Source: Acidimicrobiia bacterium (GTDB lineage Bacteria > Actinomycetota > Acidimicrobiia > Spongiisociales > UBA5794). From it: a stretch of 59,402 bases of DNA. Made by a program: the position numbers and the translations under genes. Positions 18,296-27,946 of this stretch are shown piece by piece. The notes under the pieces are model-generated. The model had not been told where the DNA came from. It saw only the letters and a list, made by a program, of their open reading frames with translations, and made no database searches. Within the stretch, counting starts at the first letter, position 1; each line of letters begins with the position of its first letter. Location of the stretch: positions 1 to 59,402 of the forward strand of contig JASJAX010000043.1 of NCBI GenBank assembly GCA_030066755.1, written 5' to 3'.

Positions 18296-19390
18296 TCAGT
18301 TCGGGAGTTCCTCGATCGCGTCGACGAGCTCTCGGTCAAGTGTCAGGATCCGTTCGTCGATCTGGCTTCGCAAGGCTGCCAACGCAGGCACGAGTGCGGT
18401 GTCGAGCGAGGTGAGAAGGTCCTCGTGTTGGGCAATCAGTTGCAGGGCGACGGCGTCGTCTTGTGCACGGAGCGCGGCGATGTAGTTGGTCTCCCACGCG
18501 GTGTAGATCTCAACGGCGTCCGTCAGCGCTGCCCGGTGTTCCGCGAAGACGTCGTTGCCCGGCAATTGGGCGAGGGTACCGGTGGCATCGGCGAGGGCCG
18601 TCGCCAGCCGTTCCTGGATCGACGAGATGTCGAGCGTTTCGGCGGCCGCGGGGAGCTCGCCCACATCGAGGAACGCCGCCACGAGTGACCGATAGCTGAT
18701 TCCGTCGCCGAGTTGGTCGGCGATTGCGGACGCATCTGCTCCGAGCCGCGCCATCGTGTCGCGTGACGGCTGGAGGTCGTCCAGAGCACCCGATGGGATG
18801 AACGGGAGCGGCTCGGGAAGGGGCCGGGTGGCGGCTGCGATCACCGCATCCGATGCCGCCTGGAGGCGGCTGAGGTCCGGAACGAGGTTCGAGAGTTCTC
18901 CGACCGGCGTATCTGGCTCGGTCAACGCTCGAAGCACCTGTTGGGTCGCCGGAAGGTTGCTGCGCAGATCGGCGAGCGCAGCGGAGTAGTCGGAGGCCTC
19001 CGAAGCCGCCTGCCGTTCGACGAGCTGTGGCGACAACAGGGCCGCAGCCGTGACCGCCCCGATGACGAGGAACGCCATGATCCACACCGTCCAGCGGAAG
19101 TTGCGTTTCCGGCTGACATGCCGATCGAGGTCTGCGGGTTCCCAGTTCTCCAGCGGGTCCTGCGTGCCGGTGGCTCGCCACATCTGTCCGACGAGCTCGC
19201 TCGTCGAATCAGCTGGAACCGAGGCGGCCTCCTCGGTGGCGACGTCGTCGGCAACGTCAGATCCTGCGGACTCCTCGGTCGCCGGCTCGAGGATCGTGGC
19301 GGGTGGAGGAGCTTCAACGGCCTTGCCGACGGCCTCGAGGAACCACTGGCCGCTCTTGCCGCCGTGGTCTTCCGTCGTGCTGGGGTCCAT
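18296..19390 (-). CDS. Single-TM protein with a helical extracellular domain, function unknown
   Basis: Long ORF with an acidic N-terminus, RKRNFRW followed by a TM, then Ala/Leu-rich helices. Confidence 0.65.
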   Translation of the reverse strand: MDPSTTEDHGGKSGQWFLEAVGKAVEAPPPATILEPATEESAGSDVADDVATEEAASVPADSTSELVGQMWRATGTQDPLENWEPADLDRHVSRKRNFRWTVWIMAFLVIGAVTAAALLSPQLVERQAASEASDYSAALADLRSNLPATQQVLRALTEPDTPVGELSNLVPDLSRLQAASDAVIAAATRPLPEPLPFIPSGALDDLQPSRDTMARLGADASAIADQLGDGISYRSLVAAFLDVGELPAAAETLDISSIQERLATALADATGTLAQLPGNDVFAEHRAALTDAVEIYTAWETNYIAALRAQDDAVALQLIAQHEDLLTSLDTALVPALAALRSQIDERILTLDRELVDAIEELPN

Positions 19391-19442
19391 TCCTGGCCGC
19401 TTCCTTTGCCCTCGTCGCTCTGGTGCGACACAATCCGACTGC

Positions 19443-19871
19443 ATGAAGATACCCGTTGTCAAACTCGATCCGGATCTCCCGACACCCCGGCGCGCCCATC
19501 CGGGAGACGCTGGTGTCGATCTCTATGCGCGTGAAGCCACAACGCTCGATCCGGGGGAGTGGGCCATGATCCCAACAGGGATCGCCGTCGCGATCCCGGA
19601 GGGCTACGTCGGTTTGGTGGCACCGCGATCTGGGCTTGCCGCAAGGAACGGCATTTCGGTGGTCAACGGTCCCGGAGTGGTCGACGCCGGCTTCCGCGGC
19701 GAGATCCACGCCATCCTCATCAACCACGGCGGCGCGGCGGTGCACCTCGATCGGAGTGATCGCATCGCGCAGCTCGTCGTAGTTCCGATCCCCGAGATCG
19801 AACTGCTCCCGGTCGACGATCTTCCGGAGACGTCTCGAGGTTCCGGTGGCTTCGGATCGAGTGGTGACTGA
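19443..19871 (+). CDS. dut: dUTP diphosphatase
   Basis: [41 protein letters not shown]. Confidence 0.97.
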   Translation: MKIPVVKLDPDLPTPRRAHPGDAGVDLYAREATTLDPGEWAMIPTGIAVAIPEGYVGLVAPRSGLAARNGISVVNGPGVVDAGFRGEIHAILINHGGAAVHLDRSDRIAQLVVVPIPEIELLPVDDLPETSRGSGGFGSSGD

Positions 19872-19931
19872 GCGGCCGGTCGGCCATGGGCCTCTGGGTC
19901 TGCGTCGAGCCGTGGTAGACTCTCGAGTCCT

Positions 19932-20004
19932 GCGGACGTAGCTCAGCTGGTAGAGCGCAACCTTGCCAAGGTTGAGGTCGCCGGTTCGATCCCGGTCGTC
20001 CGCT
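19932..20004 (+). tRNA. tRNA-Gly(GCC)
   Basis: GCGGACG/CGTCCGC acceptor stem, anticodon loop TTGCCAA, GGTTCGATCCC T arm. Confidence 0.97.
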
Positions 20005-20054
20005 CCGATGGGCGGCCCCGGCCGCCCACGTTTTTTGGTGGCAATGGCCGTCAC

Positions 20055-20125
20055 GGCGACGTGGCCGAGTGGTTAGGCAAGGGTCTGCAAAACCCTCTAC
20101 CCGGGTTCGATTCCCGGCGTCGCCT
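20055..20125 (+). tRNA. tRNA-Cys(GCA)
   Basis: GGCGACG/CGTCGCC acceptor stem, AGGGT-CTGCAAA-ACCCT anticodon arm, U discriminator. Confidence 0.97.
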
Positions 20126-20149
20126 CCGAGGTACAATCCTCGACATACC

Positions 20150-20221
20150 GGGCGCTTAGCTCAGTGGGAGAGCGCTTCCTTGACGCGGAAGAGGTCGGCA
20201 GTTCAATCCTGCCAGCGCCCA
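20150..20221 (+). tRNA. tRNA-Val(GAC)
   Basis: GGGCGCT/AGCGCCC acceptor stem, CTTCC-TTGACGC-GGAAG anticodon arm. Confidence 0.96.
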
Positions 20222-20225
20222 CTCT

Positions 20226-20252
20226 CGAACCCTCGCCGATGGCGGGGGTTCG
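20226..20252. terminator. Hairpin between the tRNA cluster and the convergent kinase gene
   Basis: CGAACCCTCGCC-gat-GGCGGGGGTTCG. Confidence 0.65.
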
Positions 20253-20257
20253 GTGCG

Positions 20258-22264
20258 TCAGGGGTGTGCAGACTCGGATGCCGGCGTCTCGGCCACGGTT
20301 TCGTGCTCGCGCCGGGGCATCGTCGAGGCTGATGGGGTAGGGGTTGGGTCGGTCCCCGTCCACGCCGGGAGCTGCATCTCGAAGATGGTCCAACCGTCGA
20401 AACGTCGATAGCTGAGGTCACCGGCCATCAGGCGGGCCAACGAGCGGGAGATGGTGAGCCCTAGGCCAAGTGATCCGGGCTGCGTCCCGGGGTCGTGGGC
20501 GCTTTCGTACGCCGCAAAGACCCGCTCCTGGTCGCTCTCCGGAATGCCGTCGCCGTTGTCGGCGACACGGAGGCAGGCTCCGGCTTCGTCGGAGAAGGTC
20601 GCAACGTGAATCTTGTGTCCGCCGTATCGGATCGCATTGCTCAGCAGGTTCCGAACGATCTGGCGTACCCGCGCCTCATCGGCTTGAGCAACGACCACGG
20701 GGCCGGTGACGGTGATCTGGAGGCCACCGGACGAGTGCTCCTCGGCCACCAACGACGCCAGGGCACGGAGATCGACGGGACGGGGAGCTACGGTTATCGA
20801 TCCGGTCTGTGCTCGCGCCGCCGTGAGGAGGTCCTCGACCAGGTTCGTCAGCCCCAGGGCATCGTTGGCGATCGCGTCGACCATCGACTGGATCTCCCGA
20901 TCGGTGTATCCCGTTTGGTCGTCTCGGAGCATCTCGGCGAATCCCAGTACCCCCGTCAGGGGAGTTCGTAGTTCGTGGCTCACCGCTGCGATCAACTGGT
21001 CCTTGGATTGAATGACTTCCTGCTTGGCTACGACTTCGTCTTGCAGCCGTTCGATCGCAAAGGCACGGTCGAGGGCAACGCTCGTCTGGGCGGCAAGCGC
21101 GTCCAGGAGTACGAGGTCGGTGGGCGCAAACTCTCGTTCCGGACCGGTCCTTCCGGTCACGATCAGCGCACCAATCGGATCGGTTCCGACGACGATCGGG
21201 GCGAGCAGGCCGCAGGCAGCTCCGCCGAGTGTCCGCCGGAGGAGGTGGTCGTGAGACCGAGGACCAAAGCGACGCTCAGCGGCCGATCGCTCTGCGATCG
21301 TGAGGAGCGTCGACGTCTGTCCGGGGTCCGCAGCCCTCGCTGTGGGCGGCCCGTGGACGTCGACGCCGAAATGGACGTTCTCGCCATCCGGGCGGACGAG
21401 CACGATCACAGCCCATTCGGCCTGCATCGTGGTCAGGACACGTTGGAGTGCAGCAACGGCGATCTCGTGGCTCGCAAGGGTGGGGTCAACGCCGGTAGTG
21501 AATCCGTAGAGGGCCTGGAGCTCGTCATATCGCTTGCTCAGCCGCGAGTAGACCCGGATCACCAGGAAGAACAGCACCGCGACTGCGCCGAGGAGACCGA
21601 CCGTCCTCGGGTCGTGCCAGAGGAGGAACACCGCAACTACGCCGAGCAGCGCCGCCGCGATGCTGGTCAGCGCGCCGGAGGCAAACGATCGGGCAACGTC
21701 GGAGAATCGACGGTGCGACTGCATGATGGCGATCGCGGCGTCCACCATTGCAGCCGAAGCGGTGGCCGCCAGGACGAGCGCGATGCAGGCAGCAACCCAG
21801 CCGAGCGGCTCCACGGGAGATGACGCACCGAGGATTGCTCGATACACGCTGATCGCAACCGAGGCTTCCAGCGCGAAGAGGGCGAGATTGAAGAACAGCT
21901 TGATGGGTGGGTTGCGACGTCGGAGCCAGAGAACGACCCAGCCTCCGAGCAGGCGTCCAAGGATCACCGCCCAGGGGCTGGCGAATGCCAGGCCGACCAT
22001 CAGCGGGATCTCGCTGAGCGAGATGGTGTGTACCTCGCGGCGCACCGGGAGGTGGATCACCGTGACTTCGGCGACGAGGAAGGCCATTGCGAAGACCCAC
22101 CAATCGAGGTGGATCGGGCTCGCAGCGGGCGCCGTCCGGGGTACGGCGAATGTGAGAACCACGCCTGCAATGACGGTCATGCCACCGGTGAGCGACCACA
22201 CCCACATCTCCGAGCGGGAGAGGCGCCGGCGGGCGGCGTTCGGCGTCTGGGGCGTGGGGCGCAA
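20258..22264 (-). CDS. Orphan sensor histidine kinase: multi-TM domain, GAF-like domain, HisKA, HATPase
   Basis: About seven TMs; H box VSHELRTPLT, N box RQIVRNLLSNAIRYG, DNGDGI, GLGLTISR. Start taken as TTG 22264 after GAGGA (uncertain). Confidence 0.9.
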   Translation of the reverse strand: MRPTPQTPNAARRRLSRSEMWVWSLTGGMTVIAGVVLTFAVPRTAPAASPIHLDWWVFAMAFLVAEVTVIHLPVRREVHTISLSEIPLMVGLAFASPWAVILGRLLGGWVVLWLRRRNPPIKLFFNLALFALEASVAISVYRAILGASSPVEPLGWVAACIALVLAATASAAMVDAAIAIMQSHRRFSDVARSFASGALTSIAAALLGVVAVFLLWHDPRTVGLLGAVAVLFFLVIRVYSRLSKRYDELQALYGFTTGVDPTLASHEIAVAALQRVLTTMQAEWAVIVLVRPDGENVHFGVDVHGPPTARAADPGQTSTLLTIAERSAAERRFGPRSHDHLLRRTLGGAACGLLAPIVVGTDPIGALIVTGRTGPEREFAPTDLVLLDALAAQTSVALDRAFAIERLQDEVVAKQEVIQSKDQLIAAVSHELRTPLTGVLGFAEMLRDDQTGYTDREIQSMVDAIANDALGLTNLVEDLLTAARAQTGSITVAPRPVDLRALASLVAEEHSSGGLQITVTGPVVVAQADEARVRQIVRNLLSNAIRYGGHKIHVATFSDEAGACLRVADNGDGIPESDQERVFAAYESAHDPGTQPGSLGLGLTISRSLARLMAGDLSYRRFDGWTIFEMQLPAWTGTDPTPTPSASTMPRREHETVAETPASESAHP

Positions 22265-22515
22265 CGGCTCGATCCTCTGTGTCGGCGCCTGATTCGGTCT
22301 GGTCCTCCATGAACGTCGGCCGAACTGCGAGCGATGTTGATGACTAAAACCTCTCGGTACCGAGAACGCCGAATGCGACGTATTGCCGACGTGATCGCTG
22401 ACTAGCGCGCCCGATGCCGGGTAAATGATCCTCAAGAATCGAGCCCTGCGATTCCGACGCGGTTCGAGAAGCGAGTACGAACTCGTACCACCTCACCCCC
22501 TCGGAGGATGCACGG

Positions 22516-22770
22516 ATGCAAAGTCACACCGCCGCATTTCATTGGATGCGGACACACCGGCGTACGGTGGCCATCATCGCGGCCGTCGCCCTGGCCTTCA
22601 CGATCATTGCGGCGCTCATCACCGCCGGCACCGAATTGCCGAGCGCCGGTGATGTTGCCGGCACCGACGATGGCATGCAGGTCGCGGGTCTCTCGTGGTC
22701 GCGCAGCATGGTGTACCCACCGGGCGGTGATCTCCCGCCCGTTGACACGCTCGGGGCTTCCTGGAGTTAG
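22516..22770 (+). CDS. 84-aa exported or anchored peptide with two GxSWS motifs
   Basis: GGAGG lies 8 nt before the ATG. Basic n-region plus hydrophobic h-region, then ...VAGLSWS...TLGASWS-stop. Strong hairpin downstream. Confidence 0.7.
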   Translation: MQSHTAAFHWMRTHRRTVAIIAAVALAFTIIAALITAGTELPSAGDVAGTDDGMQVAGLSWSRSMVYPPGGDLPPVDTLGASWS

Positions 22771-22792
22771 ACCAGGGAATCAATTGAACGAC

Positions 22793-22821
22793 CCAACGGA
22801 CCGGGCTTCCCGGTCCGTTGG
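22793..22821 (+). terminator. Hairpin after the peptide gene
   Basis: CCAACGGACCGGG-ctt-CCCGGTCCGTTGG, perfect 13-bp stem. Confidence 0.7.
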
Positions 22822-22947
22822 TGTGCGTGACGCCGCAATTGGCCGACCGCGAGGTGTGTAGCCCGCGTAGCGTGGCGAGAAATGGTCTCATGCGGCGACC
22901 ACGGTGAGTAGTATCGTGTGCATTGAGCGTAGGAAGGTGTGAGGGGC

Positions 22948-23241
22948 ATGAGTGACAAAGTGTTCACTGCGATGCAGTTCGTGGAACCCGCGCTCGAACC
23001 GGGCCAGCGGTATACGGGTCCTCAGGAAACCCTGCTGGGGACGTTCGACAATGAGGTCGACGCCGTGACGGTCGGTCGAGCGGCTTGGGACGAGTTCAAG
23101 CAACGGGATACCGCCGATGTGGCGTGGTGGATCGTGCGAGCGAACGACGAGGAGCTCGCCCGCTGGATCGCCGATTCGCGGAGCCCGTTCGAGCGGGTCC
23201 TCGACTTGACGACGAACCAACTCGTCGAAGTCAAGTCCTGA
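22948..23241 (+). CDS. Hypothetical protein, 97 aa
   Basis: Purine-rich RBS, typical codon usage, globular-looking sequence. Confidence 0.65.
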   Translation: MSDKVFTAMQFVEPALEPGQRYTGPQETLLGTFDNEVDAVTVGRAAWDEFKQRDTADVAWWIVRANDEELARWIADSRSPFERVLDLTTNQLVEVKS

Positions 23242-23672
23242 GTCAGAACACACCCCCCGATTGGTGTGCGGCCGTCGTCGGCCTGCACGAGTTCTTCACG
23301 CGCTGGTTTGCCGGAGAGCTGGCGGACGACGAGCACGAGTTCCGTGCGCTCAGCGATGCGCTCGCCGATGACTTCACCGCCGTGTCGCCGAATGGGGAGG
23401 AGCTGAGCCGAGAAGCCACGCTGGCGATGCTGCGTGCGGCGCACGGATCCGGCGGCGGCCGACGCATATCGATCGACCGTTGCCGTGTACTTCACGAGCA
23501 ACCGCCATTCGTCCTGGTTCGATACGTCGAGATCCAGGACTTCGACGATGGCCGGCACACCGAGCGCATATCGACGGCGCTCTTGGAAGCGGTGGAGTCT
23601 GCGCCCGACGGGGTGCGGTGGCGCTCGTTGCAGGAGACTTGGTCGCCGGCGCCGACTGACGACGACGTCTAG
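23238..23672 (+). CDS. NTF2/SnoaL-like (DUF4440-type) protein
   Basis: LHEFFTRWFAG, LADDFTAVSPNG, RISTALL, WRSLQETW. Start uncertain (CTG overlapping the upstream stop). Confidence 0.65.
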   Translation: MSQNTPPDWCAAVVGLHEFFTRWFAGELADDEHEFRALSDALADDFTAVSPNGEELSREATLAMLRAAHGSGGGRRISIDRCRVLHEQPPFVLVRYVEIQDFDDGRHTERISTALLEAVESAPDGVRWRSLQETWSPAPTDDDV

Positions 23673-23693
23673 GCACCCTGCGTGTGACCGGAG

Positions 23694-25190
23694 TCAGCGC
23701 CGGTGGCGTTCGTTCAGCGCCTCGAGCTCGGCACCGATCGGTCCCAGATCCGTTCCCGGGGGTATCCGCCACTGCCAGTTGCCGCCGGCAACACCGGGCA
23801 CGTTCATGCGCGCCGCCTCACCGAGCCGCAGGAAATCTTGGAGCGGCGCAATCGCATACATTGCCGGAGACTCCCAGATGGCCTCGATGAAGCGACCGGC
23901 GGGGTCGGTGCCGTCCCAGCTGAGATACCGGCGGGCGAAGTCGCGGTCGGCGTCCGGCGCCTGGTCGTACCAGCCGTTGACCGTGTTGTTGTCGTGGGTG
24001 CCGGTGTAGGCGACACAAAGGTCGGGGTAGCCGTGAGGGAGGTAGGTGCTCTGCTCCTTTGCGTCGAAGGCGAACTGGAGGATCTTCATCCCCGGCAGTT
24101 CGAGACGCTCCCGCAATTCGGGCACCGCCGGGGAGAGGTCGCCGAGGTCCTCGGCGATGATCGGCAGGACGCCCAGTCGGCGCCGCAGCGCCTCGAAGAA
24201 GACGTCGCCGGGGCCGTCGACCCAACGTCCGTCGATCGCAGTGTCCGAATCGGCTGGGATCTCCCAGTAGTCGGCGAACGCTCGGAAGTGGTCGATTCGG
24301 ACGACGTCGACTTGAGCGAGCGTGGCCGCCACCCGCGATGCCCACCACTCGTAGTCCTGGTCGGCGTGCGCCTCCCAGTCGTAGAGGGGATTGCCCCACA
24401 GCTGCCCGGTCTCGGAGAAATAGTCCGGGGGTACGCCGGCAACTGCAGCCGGGAGGCCCTCGGCATTGAGCCGGAACAGGGCCTGGTTTGCCCACACGTC
24501 GGCCGAGTCGGCTGCGACGTAGACGGGTAGGTCCCCAACCAGCATCACGCCGAGCTCGGCGGCGAGGGCGCGTACCCGAGACCATTGGCGGAAGAAGAGG
24601 AACTGGCGGAAGGCGTGGCGCTCGGTTTCTACGGCGAGCCGGCGCTGCGCCGCCCGGATCGGTCGCACGTGGCGCAATCGAAGCGGACGATCCCACTCGG
24701 TCCAGGGTTGCCCGTCGTGTTCATCCTTGAGCGACATGAAGAGACCGAAGTCGTCGATCCAGGCTTCGTGTTCCGCACGGAAAGCGGCGAACTCGGACTC
24801 GAGGTCGGTATCGCCGTTGCGGAAGTTGTCGAATGCCCTGTCGAGCAGAGCGAGCTTGGCGATGATGACGGGTCCGTAGTCGACGTACTCGGCTGGGAAC
24901 TCGGGGTAGCTCGCCAGATCCTCTTCGGTGAGGACGCCGGATGCCAGCAGATCGTCGGGGCTGATCAGGTACGGGTTGCCTGCAAAGCTCGAGAAACACT
25001 GATACGGCGAATCGCCAAACCCGGTCGGGCCAAGCGGGAGGATCTGCCAGATGCCGGTGTCCGTCGAGGCGACGAAGCGCACCCAGTCTCGAGCAGCCGG
25101 ACCGATGTCACCGATGCCGTACGGAGAGGTGAGCGAGGTGGGGTGGAGCAGGATGCCTCCGGTGCGGCGGAATGGATCATGCGAAGTCAT
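23694..25190 (-). CDS. malQ: 4-alpha-glucanotransferase (amylomaltase, GH77)
   Basis: GILLHPTSL, WQILPLGPTG, AGVPPDYFSETGQLWGNPLY, RIDHFR, IIAEDLG, YTGTHDN. Confidence 0.97.
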   Translation of the reverse strand: MTSHDPFRRTGGILLHPTSLTSPYGIGDIGPAARDWVRFVASTDTGIWQILPLGPTGFGDSPYQCFSSFAGNPYLISPDDLLASGVLTEEDLASYPEFPAEYVDYGPVIIAKLALLDRAFDNFRNGDTDLESEFAAFRAEHEAWIDDFGLFMSLKDEHDGQPWTEWDRPLRLRHVRPIRAAQRRLAVETERHAFRQFLFFRQWSRVRALAAELGVMLVGDLPVYVAADSADVWANQALFRLNAEGLPAAVAGVPPDYFSETGQLWGNPLYDWEAHADQDYEWWASRVAATLAQVDVVRIDHFRAFADYWEIPADSDTAIDGRWVDGPGDVFFEALRRRLGVLPIIAEDLGDLSPAVPELRERLELPGMKILQFAFDAKEQSTYLPHGYPDLCVAYTGTHDNNTVNGWYDQAPDADRDFARRYLSWDGTDPAGRFIEAIWESPAMYAIAPLQDFLRLGEAARMNVPGVAGGNWQWRIPPGTDLGPIGAELEALNERHRR

Positions 25191-25292
25191 GGCTGAGTCA
25201 TTCTGGCGAAAGTCGGAAGGGACCACCAGCCCGGATGGTGGGGCGCGCAACCGACTACGATTTGTGGTAGCTGTCGCGAGGAGGAACCCCAG

Positions 25293-27065
25293 GTGAGCGC
25301 TGCAACCATCCCGGCCAAGGTGCTGGACAACGGCCGCAAGATGCCGGACCATCCGGCGTACTTCGTGAAGCGTGGCGGTGCCTGGCACCCGACGACATGG
25401 CGTCAATACGCTGCCGAAGTCCAGGCGACCGGCAAGGCATTGATGGCCTTGGGGGTGAACCCGGCAGACCGGGTCACGATCCTCGGGTTCAATCGGCCGG
25501 AGTGGGTCCTCATGGACGTTGGTGCGATGAGCATCGGTGCAGTTCCGGCGGGGATCTACACGACCAACTCGCCCGCAGAGTGCGAGTACATCATCAACCA
25601 CTCGGAGTCGCCGGTGATCCTGTTGGAGGATCACGGTCAGTGGGAGAAGATCAACGAGGTGCGGCAGCAGCTCTCGTCGCTCCGCCACGTAGTCATGATG
25701 AAGGACGCCGATCCGATCGACGACGAGCTGGTGATGTCGTGGGACGAGTTCATCGCCAAGGGCGAGGCCGTGTCCGACGATGACTTCCAGGCCCGGGTCG
25801 ACGGTATCGAGCTCGACGACATGGCGACGCTGATCTACACCTCAGGCACCACCGGCCCGCCGAAGGCCGTGATGCTCAGCCACGACAATCTTGCGTGGAC
25901 GGCGAGCACCGGTGTTCCCGCGTTCGGCCTGAACGCATCGGACCGCGGTCTCTCGTATCTGCCCCTCTCGCACATCGCCGAGCAGATGTTCACGATCCAC
26001 ATCCCGGCGACGATCGGCGGATCGGTCTACTACGCCGAATCGATCGACGCGCTCGCCGACAACATCAAGGAAGTGCGGCCGACGTACTTCGCGGGTGTAC
26101 CCCGGGTCTGGGAGCGGTTCTATGCCGGAGTGACCGAACAGCTTGGACACGCCACCGGCGTCAAGGCCAAGATTGCCGACTGGGCGATGGGTGTCGGCCG
26201 CAAGGCGAACGCACTGCGGATGCGGGGCGAAGCGCCGGCGGGCATGCTGGCGGCCCAGGAGAAGGTCGCCGACACACTGGTGCTCTCGAAGGTGCGTGAA
26301 GCGCTGGGACTCAATGAGTGTCGCACGTACATCACCGCCGCTGCACCGATCTCGCAGGAGATCCAGGAGTTCTTCTCTGCGTTCTTCGTCCTCAACGAGA
26401 TCTACGGCCAGTCCGAGGACTGCGGACCGACTGCAATGACGCAGCCGGGCAAGACCAAGTTCGGCACGGTCGGCCCGGCATTCCCCGAAGTCGACGTTCG
26501 CATCGCCGACGACGGCGAGATCCTGGTCAAGGGTCGTAACGTGTTCATGGGCTACTTCAAGGACGAGGCGGCAACCAAGGAAACGCTGGCCGACGGCTGG
26601 CTGTACTCGGGCGACCTCGGCGAGTTCGATGACGATGGCTACCTGACGATCACCGGTCGGAAGAAGGACATCATCATCACGGCGGGCGGCAAGAACGTTG
26701 CGCCGAAGAACCTGGAGGGCGGGCTCAAGAACCACCCGCTGATCTCCGAGGCGGTGGTGATCGGAGACCGGCGGAAGTACCTCACGTGCGTCGTTACGCT
26801 CGATGAGGACGCGGCCGCCGCCTACCTCGAGAAGCACGGGCTCGAAGGCCCGGCACACGAGTCGTCGCACGTCCAGGCCGAGGTCCAAGCGGCGGTCGAT
26901 CTCCTCAACGCTGAGTACGCGCGGGTCGAGCAACTGAAGAAGTTCGCGATCTTGCCTCGCCAGCTCTCGATCGAGGGCGGCGAGTTGACTCCGACGCTGA
27001 AGGTCAAGCGCAACAAGGTCGCCGAGCACTTCTCGTCAGAGATCGAGGCGATGTACGCGGACTGA
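25293..27065 (+). CDS. Long-chain fatty acid-CoA ligase (AMP-binding)
   Basis: IYTSGTTGPPKAV, YLPLSHIAEQ, YGQSED, SGDLG, ITGRKKDIIITAGGKNVAP, ELTPTLKVKR. Confidence 0.93.
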   Translation: MSAATIPAKVLDNGRKMPDHPAYFVKRGGAWHPTTWRQYAAEVQATGKALMALGVNPADRVTILGFNRPEWVLMDVGAMSIGAVPAGIYTTNSPAECEYIINHSESPVILLEDHGQWEKINEVRQQLSSLRHVVMMKDADPIDDELVMSWDEFIAKGEAVSDDDFQARVDGIELDDMATLIYTSGTTGPPKAVMLSHDNLAWTASTGVPAFGLNASDRGLSYLPLSHIAEQMFTIHIPATIGGSVYYAESIDALADNIKEVRPTYFAGVPRVWERFYAGVTEQLGHATGVKAKIADWAMGVGRKANALRMRGEAPAGMLAAQEKVADTLVLSKVREALGLNECRTYITAAAPISQEIQEFFSAFFVLNEIYGQSEDCGPTAMTQPGKTKFGTVGPAFPEVDVRIADDGEILVKGRNVFMGYFKDEAATKETLADGWLYSGDLGEFDDDGYLTITGRKKDIIITAGGKNVAPKNLEGGLKNHPLISEAVVIGDRRKYLTCVVTLDEDAAAAYLEKHGLEGPAHESSHVQAEVQAAVDLLNAEYARVEQLKKFAILPRQLSIEGGELTPTLKVKRNKVAEHFSSEIEAMYAD

Positions 27066-27116
27066 AGCCTTCGCCTTCAGTCAGTACTGAGTACGGAGTA
27101 CTGAGTACAGAGACAA
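27061..27116. repeat. Small hairpin followed by a GAGTACN heptamer array
   Basis: ACTGAAG-ccttcgc-CTTCAGT, then cagtact gagtacg gagtact gagtaca gagacaa. Confidence 0.8.
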
Positions 27117-27173
27117 AGCAACCGGAGCAGTCGGTCCGATAGGGCCGGCTGCTCCGTTAGCATTCCGGACCAC

Positions 27174-27791
27174 ATGACCACCACCACTGAGAACATCATT
27201 TCGATCAGCGACGCGGCCTTGGAGCAGATCCTCGCGCTGCGTGAGCAGGAGAATGTCCCAGATCTTCACCTGGGGCTGCGCATCGCCGGCGTGGGCGTCA
27301 ACGGGTTCCAATACGAGACGGCGTTCCTGCGTGCTGAGGATGTCGATCCGGACCACCACCTCGAGGACCACGGTGGGCTTCCCGTCACGATCCCGACGGA
27401 CTCGATCGACAACCTCCGGGGAGCCGAACTCGATCTCTCCTCGGACCCGGCGGCACCGGGTCTGGTGTTGCGCAATCCCAACCCGGCAACCCCACAGCTC
27501 GAGGGCGACGCGCCGATCGAGCTCGAAGGGACCGTCGAGGAGCGGATCACCCAGCTCTTGGACCGCCACATCAATCCAGCGATTGCGAGCCACGGCGGGT
27601 ATGCGGCCCTGGCCGGTGTCGACGGCGAAACGGCGCATCTCGAGCTCGGTGGTGGCTGCCAGGGGTGTGGCTTGGCCGCAATGACGCTTCGACAGGGCAT
27701 CGAGACGGCGATTCTCCACAACATCCCAGAGATCACCGAAGTCGTCGACGTCACCGACCACGCAGCAGGAACCAACCCGTTTTACGTGTGA
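27174..27791 (+). CDS. nfuA: Fe/S biogenesis protein NfuA
   Basis: Degenerate A-type carrier N-domain plus NifU-C domain INPAIASHGG...GGGCQGCG. Confidence 0.9.
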   Translation: MTTTTENIISISDAALEQILALREQENVPDLHLGLRIAGVGVNGFQYETAFLRAEDVDPDHHLEDHGGLPVTIPTDSIDNLRGAELDLSSDPAAPGLVLRNPNPATPQLEGDAPIELEGTVEERITQLLDRHINPAIASHGGYAALAGVDGETAHLELGGGCQGCGLAAMTLRQGIETAILHNIPEITEVVDVTDHAAGTNPFYV

Positions 27792-27941
27792 GGCTTCGCC
27801 TCACACGAGTACTGAGTACAAGGTACTGAGTACAGAGATTCCTCCGTACGGTTCGAGTCTGCGGTGCTCGTATCACGACCCTCTGTTCTGATCTCTGTAC
27901 TCCGTACTCGGTACTCAGTACTCCGGGGGCTTCGCCCCCGG
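27786..27941. repeat. MITE-like unit: heptamer-built 33-bp inverted repeats flanked by GCTTCGC hairpins
   Basis: 27807-27839 and 27891-27923 are inverted copies with 4 mismatches. Flanking hairpins are GTGTGAGGC-ttc-GCCTCACAC and CCGGGGGC-ttc-GCCCCCGG. Confidence 0.75.
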
Positions 27942-27946
27942 AACAA

